DNA from: an uncultured Chloroflexia bacterium
GTDB lineage: Bacteria; Chloroflexota; UBA6077; JACCZL01
DNA length: 64,000 nucleotides
NCBI GenBank assembly: GCA_963765765.1
Contig: CAVXYC010000030.1
Coordinates: 96,001-160,000, forward strand
Reading direction: 5' to 3'
In this document: positions 1-8,373 of the stretch, in pieces
Numbering within the stretch: position 1 is the stretch's first letter
Layout: every line of letters starts with the position of its first letter
The notes under the pieces: model-generated
What the model was told of the DNA's origin: nothing
Seen by the model: only the letters and a program-made list of their open reading frames with translations
Databases searched by the model: none
Position numbers and translations under genes: made by a program

Positions 1-135
1 GCCGATCAGGCGCACCGGCTCGGACGTTGGGGCCTGGGGAGGGAGCAGCCCGCAGCCGGCCAGCAGAGCGAGGCCTGACACGGACAGGCCGCCGCGCAGG
101 AAATCGCGTCGCTGTAGAACGTGGAACAAGGTCAC
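1..135 (-). CDS. ABC transporter substrate-binding lipoprotein (ABC_sub_bind-like), N-terminal part, runs off the window
   Basis: Manual translation from GTG at 135: MTLFHVLQRRDFLRGGLSVSGLALLAGCGLL; twin-Arg plus lipobox LAGC, near-identical to the signal of the upstream paralog; GTGA overlap with the upstream stop. Confidence 0.75.
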   Translation of the reverse strand, partial: MTLFHVLQRRDFLRGGLSVSGLALLAGCGLLPPQAPTSEPVRLIG

Positions 136-1143
136 TGGATTAGTTCCGTTGCCTCGGCAAGGACCGACTGAGGAATCGTAGATTCCGAGCATCTGAGCGG
201 TCTTGAGATTGATCACCAGGTCAAATTTCTCCGGCCGCTCCACCGGTAGCTCCGCGGGATTGGCGCCCTTCAGAATCTTGTCCACATAGGTGGCGGCGCG
301 TCGCTCCTGGGCGGGACGATTTGCCCCGTAGGCGATCAGTCCGCCGACTGCCACAAATCGCCGATCGGCCGACATCATGGGCAACCGGTGCGTGAGCGCC
401 AGCGCGCCGACACGCGCCACATTGCTCGCCAGCACGAGATTGTCCACCAGGGTCAGCGCATCCACGCGCTCCTGCACCGCTCGCTCGAACGCGCCCTCGA
501 TGGCGGCGGGCTCACGCACCTCCAGAGGCACAGCGTCAGCCCCAGGGGGCCGGCCGCGGCCTCCGCTATCTGCACCTGGCCGGCCTGGTTGAGATCAGGG
601 TCAGGGTTCCAGATAACGCCCACCGTGACACGGACGGGAGTGTCTTTCGCAGGACTTCCAACCGCTTCCCAATCAGCTCGCGGGCGATGCTGGTCTGCCC
701 GGTGACGTTGCCTCCTGGCCGGGCGAGACTGGCCACAAAGCCGTCCGCCACCGGGTTGTTCGTCTGTGCCATCACAATGGGGATGGTGCTGGTGGCACGC
801 ATCGCGGCCCGGATAGGGCCTGCCCCGGAGGCTACGATCACGTCGACGGGCATGTTCACGAGCTCGGCGGCCAGCCGGGGAGGCGATCGAGCTGCCCATC
901 GGCGCCTCGCCACTCCACGGTGACCGTACTGCCCTCGATGTAGCCCAGCTCTGCCAGGCCCTCCCGCAAGGCGTCGGCCCCTTCCTGCTCGCCGACCGAC
1001 AGATAGCCGATACGAGGTGTCCGAACCGCCGGCTGAGAGCGTGGCGATACCAGCCCGCAGCCGGCCAGCAGACCGAGGCCGGCCACGGACAGGCCACCCC
1101 TCAGGAAGCGGCGACGGGTGCTCGATGGTCCGAGTGGCGTCAT
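132..1143 (-). CDS. ABC transporter substrate-binding lipoprotein (ABC_sub_bind family), split by several indels
   Basis: RRRFLRGG..LLAGC signal; family motifs across frames: LREGLAELGYIEG, VDVIVASG, TSTIPIVM, GFVASLARPGGNVTG, RRAATYVDKILKGANPAELPVERPEKFDLVINLKTAQ. Confidence 0.85.
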
Positions 1144-1293
1144 GATGGCGCTAGTGTACGCCCCGAAGTGAGGGCGCTATGGTACTCGGAACTGGGCGGG
1201 CTCTCCGCTAGCTGCTCGCGCAATCATGGTAGGGACGCAGTGGCAGTTGGAACCGTGGCGTAGCGCTCTTAGGAACCAGGTTAGTGACCTGTT

Positions 1294-1344
1294 CCGTTCG
1301 ATAATGGGGGGTTATAGGAACGAGCGGTGGGGGTTATCGGAACT
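1294..1344. other. dif/Xer-like site plus an adjacent duplicated half-site
   Basis: CCGTTCGATAA-TGGGGGG-TTATAGGAACG (1294-1322), then TGGGGG-TTATCGGAACT (1328-1344); ATAA/TTAT cores around a 6-7 bp spacer. Confidence 0.4.
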
Positions 1345-1375
1345 TGGCGGCCGGGATGCTCGCCGACCCAGTCTG

Positions 1376-1555
1376 CTACTGGATAACCTCGGTCGCCTCA
1401 GCCAGGACGGACTGTGGGATGGTGAGCCCGAGCCCCTGTGCGGCCTTGAGGTTGATCACGAAGTCCAAGGTCGTGGGCTCTTCGACGGGGAGATCGGCCG
1501 GTTTGGCCCCTTTGAGGATCTTGTCCACGTAGGCGGCGCCGCGTCCGAGTCGCCC
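1376..1555 (-). pseudogene. C-terminal remnant of an ABC_sub_bind gene
   Basis: GAAYVDKILKGAKPADLPVEEPTTLDFVINLKAAQGLGLTIPQSVLAEATEVIQ*, with no upstream body. Confidence 0.85.
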
Positions 1556-1604
1556 TTTCCATCTAGAGAGCAGCGCTCTGGCGAATCCCGGCTGCCTCCT
1601 CGAA

Positions 1605-2210
1605 TCATGCGTTGGCGTCAAGCGGCGGGTGCTCGAGAACGCTGGGCCGGTACTCGACCAGCTGGATACGGCCGTCGAAGGTGCGGTTGTCGATCATCTC
1701 GAGGGCGACGTCCGGGTAGCCGTCGTAGATGCGTTCTGCGCCCGTGGCGCCGGTGATCACCGGGAACATGACGACCCGGAAGCGATCGACGAGTCCGGCT
1801 CGCAGCAGCGACCGGCACAGGCTGATGCTCCCGATCGTGCTCAGGAGGCCCGAGCCGTCCTCCTTCATCGCCCGGACGACTTCGACCGCCTCGTCGCGCA
1901 CGAGCGTGGTGTTTGCCCACGTGAGCGGCTCCTCGAGAGAAGCAGAGAACACCACCTTCGACGCTTGCGTGAGTTCGTCGACGGAGGCCTCCTCGTCGGC
2001 GGTGAACTCGTCCGTCCCCGCTGGGGTCTCTCCGGCGGCGAAGCCCGACATCAGTCGGTAGGTGTTCGCTCCCATCAGGTACGTGACCTCAGGTTGCTCG
2101 CCGAGCCAGGCGAGGTACTCGGGTCCTTCCAGCCCCCACCATCCTGGCCAGCCATCCGCCGACGCGTAGCCGTCGAGGGAGGTGATGAAATCGACGAGGA
2201 GTTCTGGCAT
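1605..2210 (-). CDS. Dihydrofolate reductase / RibD C-terminal family protein
   Basis: MPELLVDFITSLDGY, YLMGANTY, IGSISLCRSLLRAGLVDRFRVVMFPVITG; AAGGA RBS before the ATG at 2210. Confidence 0.88.
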   Translation of the reverse strand: MPELLVDFITSLDGYASADGWPGWWGLEGPEYLAWLGEQPEVTYLMGANTYRLMSGFAAGETPAGTDEFTADEEASVDELTQASKVVFSASLEEPLTWANTTLVRDEAVEVVRAMKEDGSGLLSTIGSISLCRSLLRAGLVDRFRVVMFPVITGATGAERIYDGYPDVALEMIDNRTFDGRIQLVEYRPSVLEHPPLDANA

Positions 2211-2239
2211 GGTCGTGTCCTTGTCCTTGGATGTCAGGT

Positions 2240-2322
2240 ACCGGCTTCTGCCGACGCGACCCGCAGCCGGCGAGCAGGCCGAGGCCGGCGCGCAGGAAGT
2301 CTCGACGACTCCACGGATCCAT
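2240..2322 (-). pseudogene. N-terminal remnant (signal peptide only) of an ABC_sub_bind gene
   Basis: MDPWSRRDFLRAGLGLLAGCG matches the signals of the two paralogs, then loses similarity. Confidence 0.65.
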
Positions 2323-2359
2323 GCCGGCCAGTATAGACCTGGCGGCCGTAACCTACAGC

Positions 2360-2581
2360 GGAACAAAGACACTCGCGCTCATCCCCCTCGACTTAGATGG
2401 TTACTTGTTCAGTGGTAGGTGGACGAGCGGCAAGGCAGTTGAGGTCAGGACGCGGTTCGCAGCCGACTTCATGGGCTGGGAGCAGGACAACGCCAAGTTC
2501 GAGCGGGAGTTCGAGCGCTTGGTTGCGGCGCTCAAATCAGGAGATGCTGGGCGCGAGACCGCGCCTATCCCGAAATTGTGA
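2360..2581 (+). pseudogene. C-terminal fragment resembling TIR-domain (TIR_2) proteins
   Basis: KTLALIPLDLDGYLFSGRWTSGKAVEVRTRFAADFMGWEQDNAKFEREFERLVAALK resembles the end of bacterial TIR proteins (from memory); no start codon or N-terminus. Confidence 0.5.
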
Positions 2582-2894
2582 TCACCTGGGTTGTGGCTGT
2601 CTGATTTGATGTGCTCCATCGTTCGTTCACCCCCTTTCCAGCGTGCCTTTGAGCATTGATGTCGGAAGGCTTGCTTGCCTTCCTTACTGGCTCAGAGAGC
2701 GAGCGGGGGTGAAGGGCGCACAGGGCGAGCGGAGCGAGTTCATCGTGACCCTTGCGCGCGAGGGGCGAAGGGCCCCTGGTATTGTGCGAGGAAACTTTTT
2801 ACTGACGAGAGCTGTAGAGGCTCCCCGTGAAACGCCCCGCGCTCTCCCGATCGCCGTATGCTCACATCGATCATCGAAAGCGGTGGGGGAATCA

Positions 2895-3104
2895 ATGCGT
2901 CGATGGACTGGCATCATTGGTGGTGGCATCCTGGCCTTTTTGGGGGCCGTCTGGATGTTGCAGGGTTTCAATGTCCTCGGGGGTAGTCGCATGTCCGGCG
3001 AATCGTTTTGGGCCGGCGCTGGGTTCGTGGCGCTCATTTCGGGCCTTGGGATTCTCGCCCTCAGTCTGCGGACTGCACCTGCCGAGACTAGGGGGAAACG
3101 ATGA
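2895..3104 (+). CDS. Small two-TM membrane protein
   Basis: MRRWTGIIGGGILAFLGAVWMLQGFNVLGGSRMSGESFW; GGGGGA RBS; two hydrophobic segments. Confidence 0.7.
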   Translation: MRRWTGIIGGGILAFLGAVWMLQGFNVLGGSRMSGESFWAGAGFVALISGLGILALSLRTAPAETRGKR

Positions 3105-3316
3105 CCTCAACAGAACCATGGAGCGAAGATCAGTTCACGCGCCTGCTTGATGATCCGAGCTCCTCAGCCGAGGACATTGCGCTACAGGTCGGTCGTTCCG
3201 TTGGCGCGGTCGAAACCGTCCGAGCCGGGCTGCACGCGCACCACCGTTGCGGTGACCAGTCCTTGCTTTCGGCGATGATGTGTCGCGTCATCGAGCAGCG
3301 GCAGGGTGCAACCTGA
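3101..3316 (+). CDS. Small hypothetical protein (possible HTH-like)
   Basis: ATGA overlap with the previous gene; WSEDQF..AEDIALQVGRSVGAV pattern. Confidence 0.5.
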   Translation: MTSTEPWSEDQFTRLLDDPSSSAEDIALQVGRSVGAVETVRAGLHAHHRCGDQSLLSAMMCRVIEQRQGAT

Positions 3317-4215
3317 TCGAAGGTGTCGCTGAACTGAACCTCGTATTCATCGCGGGTCACGTACCGATATGCGGCGTACAGATTACGTCCCCCATATTCA
3401 GTAGCGGATGACCGGAGCCCGACAGCGGCTCCTTTTCGAAGACATCAACGGCGACCATGCCAGGTCGGCCCGTCCTGACAGCCGATTCCAGCGCTCCAGG
3501 CTCGATGAGGGGCGCTCGACTGGTGTTCACCAGCAATGACGTGGGCTTCATACGGAATAGATCCGCGGCCGTAACGATGCCGCGTGTGGCAGGCACAGTC
3601 GCATGTGCAGCGAAAGCACATCGCAACCGTCGAAGAAGGCCTTTTGCTCGTTGCGGACTCGTAACCGTCCGCAACGGCCCGATTCCGCGATGGCTCGCGT
3701 GCCCAGACGAGCACGCGCATACCAAACGCCCGCCCGTAACCTGCCACGACTTCGCCAATACGCCCATAGCCAGAAATTCCGAGCGTCTACCCTCGTAGCG
3801 TGCTGCCCTCCTCGTTTGCCAGGTGCCAGTCTGAGCGCAGCGACCTGCTTGGGGATCTGGCGGACGGCAGCCAGAATGAGGCCCCAGGTCATCTCGGCCG
3901 CGGCGTAAGATGGCGTACCGGCGCGCTGGTCAGATGAGACGATGATCCTCAGACGTGTGCAAGTGTCCACGTCGATGTGTGGATAGACGCTTCGCTAACT
4001 GATGAGGCGCAAACCTGGAAGCCGCTCGAGCAGCGGCGCTCGAATCTCAGTGCGCTCGCGGATGAGGACAAGGGCCTCGCAGGCTGTAGACGCTCGGCGA
4101 GCATGTCGACGTCCTGCACATGATCGTTCCAAACGCTCACATCGTGCTCATCGAGCTTGGAAAAACACGGGAGGGCGCGCAGGATGTCGAAGTAGTCGTC
4201 CAGAATGGAGACTCC
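3305..4215 (-). pseudogene. D-2-hydroxyacid dehydrogenase family, frameshifted and apparently clipped at both ends
   Basis: [50 protein letters not shown](Y)VTRDEYE across frames; no clear start; the C-terminus runs into the convergent gene. Confidence 0.8.
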
Positions 4216-4322
4216 CAGATCGCCTCCATCGAGCAGGGACTCCCCGATCGCCCTCTCTTGCCATACTTGACGACCTTTTGCCAAACGCACGGCTCACTTC
4301 AGACGGAGGACAATTGTCAACC

Positions 4323-4445
4323 GACCTGTTTGCTCGGTCTGACCTGTTTGCTCGGTCTATTCCTGGACAGTTTCCGCACGTATCGCGATTCTCTCATTCG
4401 GGATCTTGATACAAAAGACTCTCCCGAACGAGACTCTCCCGAACG
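4323..4445. repeat. Two perfect tandem duplications (18 bp x2 and 15 bp x2)
   Basis: GACCTGTTTGCTCGGTCT at 4323-4340 and 4341-4358; AGACTCTCCCGAACG at 4416-4430 and 4431-4445. Confidence 0.9.
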
Positions 4446-4863
4446 GCAGCTCACGAAGGCTTCGTGAGCTCCGCTGTCAGCGACAATATTCTGAATTGGT
4501 TTTCAGCGTCGTCGACAAGCCAGTAGAGCTCGAGCTCGTTTCCAGCATCCTAGCCGTTGATAGCTTTAGAGTCTCTCGTCAACTCGGCGGCACAACAGCG
4601 TCCGGCGGCATCGCAAAACCGTCACCGGGCATAACCGTTTCATAAACGTAACGACTCTCTTGCATGACGTAGTTAAGGCTGTCACACAGAGGGTCTTATA
4701 GCCCGACCCGTTCTTGGCTCGCGGGCACACATTCTCATCTCAAACGAGTTGGCGATTGCCCTCACGCGATGCAATTTGGCCTCATTTTGGTTAAATTGTG
4801 TAACGTATTCGCCCACGTCGTGCTGCAAACAGAGGAGTCTCATCCGTTGGTCATCCTGCGCCA

Positions 4864-7800
4864 GTGATCCCTAGAGCTCGGTGGGTGCGTCATAGCGCAA
4901 GCGTAGGATTGGCCCTCGGCGTGCTGGTTGCAACCAACGCAGCTCTGCCTTCGGCCACCTCGGCGCGTGAGCCGCTGCACACCGTGCCGCTGCAGGTCAC
5001 ATCCCCGGGCACGGCGGGCAGCCCTACGGCTGCCGCTCCTACCAACATCATCGAAGCCCAGAAACCTCAGGCATCGGCAACGGTCCCGCCAACAGTGACT
5101 CCGAGCGCCGCTGACATCGAGGCCCTGCGGCGTCTGAACGCCGGAACACAACCATCGGCAACGCCTCGCGCGGCCACCCGTACTGCCACTCCGCGCGCCG
5201 GGGCACGCGGTGCTACGCTTACATCAACCCCCACGAGCACGGTCACGTCAATTCCATCAATGACCGCCTCCGCGACGGCCAGCCCAACGTCGGCAGTGCA
5301 GGCTGTATCGTCACCGGAAGCTTCCGCGACGCCCTCGCCCACTGCTACACCCCCGACGGCGACCCCGACGCCAACGTCAACCGCGCAAGCTGCGCAGTTC
5401 CGGGCCGCGTCCAGCGGAACTGTGTCGTACGGCCAGGATGCCTGCTTGCGTCCCTTCCAGTATTGGGACACGTTGGAGGCGGCTGCGCGGGCTGCCGGTG
5501 TCGACCCTGAGATCGTGGGCGCACTCATGATTGTGGAAGGGTCCGGGGAGCAAGCGGTATCGCCAGCTGGGGCGATGGGCCTGATGCAGCTTATGCCGGA
5601 CAAGTTTCGAACGGGTGACGATCCATTTGACGTCACCACGAATCTCCGCCGAGCAGCCGAGCACATCAGCCTTTTGCGCGCCCGTTGGGGCAGCACCGAT
5701 CGCATTGCCGCCGCGTATTTCGGCGCGATCGATGGCGGAGGCAACATCACCGGCGCGTCTGACGGAAATGTGGATGGCTACGAATACGTTCGGCGATTCC
5801 AGGGCGCCACCGATTGTCTGCGCACGGGCCTCGGCCGCGGCGGCGCCGCCGTCGCACGTCTCGCTTCGCCGCTCGGCATCTCGCTCGCGCGAACGAATGT
5901 CTCATTGGACTACTGGGGCGACGTCAGCAAATCGCCCGGCGAGCCAGCCCGCACCGCCGCGGAGCAACAGCGATTCGGAACACGCCACCTGGCCTGGGAC
6001 GTGATCATCCCCGACGCGCCGAGCAACGGTCGCGGCTCGCCGGTGTTCGCTCCCGTCGAGGGAACCCTACAGCGCACCAACGATCCGGCCGGCGGACCGA
6101 ATGGCCTGGTGATCGAGAATCGATCATCTGATCTCCGCGTGCGACTTCTGCACATGGATCGGCTCGCGCCCAATATCGCCACGGCCACGCAGGTGCAGGC
6201 GGGCCAGTGGGTGGGCGTCCTGGGCGGACAGGGGACCGAACAATTCCCGCATCTGCACGTCTCGCTGGAGCGGCTTTCCAACGGTGATCGCCTCGACCCG
6301 GCGCGGTTTTTCTTCCGACCAAATTCAGATGCGCGTATGTCCGGCAGTGGAAGCTCTGCCATGTTAGCGATACCTTCCGCGGACCTCATGGGAGCGATTC
6401 GCGTGCCAGCCAGCGGCGATGTGACCAGCGCAAATATTGTCGGCGATATCGTGGCGTGGTCCGAGGTAGACGGCGACCAGCGACACGTTCGTGGCTACGA
6501 CTCCGAGGTGGGTCTCGCTTTCCAGGTTGGAGATGCCAGCCAGGGTGAGCAGTTCAGCCCGGCGCTCGGGGTCAATCACCTGGCGTGGGTGGACACGCGC
6601 AATGCCTGGAACAGCGGCAAAAGCATCCAGGACGGTTCATTCGGTGACGTCTACATCTATGACCTGTCCACTGGCGACGAGCGCCGACTCACAAGTGTTC
6701 CAGGTGAATACTCAGATCTCGTTGTGGCCGGTGATCGCGTACTCTGGGTAAGCGCCGCGGGCAATCTTCAGGCGCTTCACCTCATGGAGCTAACCACTGG
6801 AGCGCATCAGGTGGTGGATTGGACGATCGGATCCATCTCGAGAGTCTCCGCTTCCGACAACGCCATTACCTACGTCGTGCAGCAAGCCACGGCCCAGTCA
6901 GACGGCCGTGAGATCCACCAGTACGATCTCGGCTCAGGACAAGTCACAAGCCTCTTCCGGGGGGCAGTGGGACAGCCGGTCCAGGTTGGACAGATGGTGG
7001 CCTGGGACGAGCAGCTTGGTAACGGTAAGCAAAGCATTATCCGCGCACTGGATACGCGCACGGGCGATATTCAGCTCTGGGCGGGGGACCCGGCTGTGCG
7101 GAGCGACCTTCAGGCGTTCGATCACACGCTGCTCTGGCATGAAAAGAGCCCTGACGGCTCACAGGTGCTGGTGATTTACGGCTTGAGCTCGAATACACTG
7201 ACTCGCATCGCCGATTCGTCGATCGACACTCGAGTAGCGGCATCGCTGGGGCAGGGCACGGTGCTCTGGAAGGCGGCAAGTGGAGAGCTGGTCGTCTCAC
7301 ATCTACGCGACTGGGACATTGGCGGCGGCCGCTACTTCGGTGAAGATGACGCCCAGCGCCGGCTGGCCGGTCAGACGGGCTACCGCGTGACCGATGACGG
7401 CGGAATCCCGATGTGGAGCGAGTATCAGCGCCTGGGAGGCGAGGCGGAGCTCGGCCGGCCGCTCTCCGGTCGCCTCCAGCTTTCGGACGGTGGCGTGTAT
7501 CAGCTCACCGAGCACGCACTGCTTCACTGGCAGCCAGAGCGAGGGCAAGTTGAGCGTGCAAGTGCATTTGAGATTCTCTCTCGACTGGGCTACGACGGCT
7601 GGATGCACGCGGTGAGGCAGGTTCCATTGCCCGCGAGTGTCGTGGCAAACGGTGATCCGGAGCGGGCTCGCCAGGTGCGCCTGAGCTGGCTCACCGATCC
7701 ATCGCTGAAGGCAGCCTACCTGGCGCCACCGGACGGTGTGGCGGCGCGAGCCTGGGGACTGGAATCCGCTATCAACCGCTACGGATTGCCAGCTTCTCCA

Positions 7801-8070
7801 CCGGAGAGCTTCGGTCCCTTCGTGGCCCAGAGGTTTGAGCGGGCTGTGCTCCAACACTGGGTGGTCGCCCAGCCCGGGCAGCCCGAGAATGTCGTCACGA
7901 CAGCTCTGGTTGGATCGCTCATCCGAGAGCTAATTCAGGATGGACTTGGCGTGGCGGACACCAACGGCAGTCCGCTCGACGCGCCCGTTGCCACGCTGAG
8001 TGCCGACCTGACGAATCGTTGGGTGTCACCCCGCGGCGTATCCGGGGCGGACGTGCCCAGTGGTGAGTAA
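4864..8070 (+). CDS. Secreted multidomain peptidoglycan hydrolase: lytic transglycosylase (SLT) + M23 peptidase + beta-propeller-like region + C-terminal surface repeats
   Basis: Signal peptide, Thr/Pro linker, ALMIVEGSG..GAMGLMQLMP (SLT), HLAWD..LLHM..PHLH (M23), repeated YDLSTG-type blades, LGRPLS / YGLPAS..FVAQRFERAVLQ repeats. Confidence 0.88.
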   Translation: MIPRARWVRHSASVGLALGVLVATNAALPSATSAREPLHTVPLQVTSPGTAGSPTAAAPTNIIEAQKPQASATVPPTVTPSAADIEALRRLNAGTQPSATPRAATRTATPRAGARGATLTSTPTSTVTSIPSMTASATASPTSAVQAVSSPEASATPSPTATPPTATPTPTSTAQAAQFRAASSGTVSYGQDACLRPFQYWDTLEAAARAAGVDPEIVGALMIVEGSGEQAVSPAGAMGLMQLMPDKFRTGDDPFDVTTNLRRAAEHISLLRARWGSTDRIAAAYFGAIDGGGNITGASDGNVDGYEYVRRFQGATDCLRTGLGRGGAAVARLASPLGISLARTNVSLDYWGDVSKSPGEPARTAAEQQRFGTRHLAWDVIIPDAPSNGRGSPVFAPVEGTLQRTNDPAGGPNGLVIENRSSDLRVRLLHMDRLAPNIATATQVQAGQWVGVLGGQGTEQFPHLHVSLERLSNGDRLDPARFFFRPNSDARMSGSGSSAMLAIPSADLMGAIRVPASGDVTSANIVGDIVAWSEVDGDQRHVRGYDSEVGLAFQVGDASQGEQFSPALGVNHLAWVDTRNAWNSGKSIQDGSFGDVYIYDLSTGDERRLTSVPGEYSDLVVAGDRVLWVSAAGNLQALHLMELTTGAHQVVDWTIGSISRVSASDNAITYVVQQATAQSDGREIHQYDLGSGQVTSLFRGAVGQPVQVGQMVAWDEQLGNGKQSIIRALDTRTGDIQLWAGDPAVRSDLQAFDHTLLWHEKSPDGSQVLVIYGLSSNTLTRIADSSIDTRVAASLGQGTVLWKAASGELVVSHLRDWDIGGGRYFGEDDAQRRLAGQTGYRVTDDGGIPMWSEYQRLGGEAELGRPLSGRLQLSDGGVYQLTEHALLHWQPERGQVERASAFEILSRLGYDGWMHAVRQVPLPASVVANGDPERARQVRLSWLTDPSLKAAYLAPPDGVAARAWGLESAINRYGLPASPPESFGPFVAQRFERAVLQHWVVAQPGQPENVVTTALVGSLIRELIQDGLGVADTNGSPLDAPVATLSADLTNRWVSPRGVSGADVPSGE

Positions 8071-8373
8071 AACGCTCACCGGACTCATGAGCCGTCTTAA
8101 GTAAGCACCATATGCGCTAGCTCTAGCGTCAAATTCCTCAATTAGGAAGAACAATCGTTGTGATCTCGGAGTCCAGCGCTGCCCCGTAGCGCTTAAGAAG
8201 CACGCCCCAGGGGACGGCTGCTGAATGTCTCCGGCCTCTCTGACAGTCCACTCAAGGCTATAAGCGGTACGATCAGCTCGTGTCGATACGCTTCTAGAGC
8301 GGTCATCACGTATGCATGAACGGCGATTGACATTGTGTCGAGCGGCGGCAAATGCAACTGGAACGGTCACGTC

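Noticed and set aside
4450-4860. Riboswitch (c-di-AMP or c-di-GMP) upstream of the cell-wall hydrolase
   Set aside because: No ydaO or GEMM consensus elements recognisable by eye; an Infernal/Rfam search would be needed
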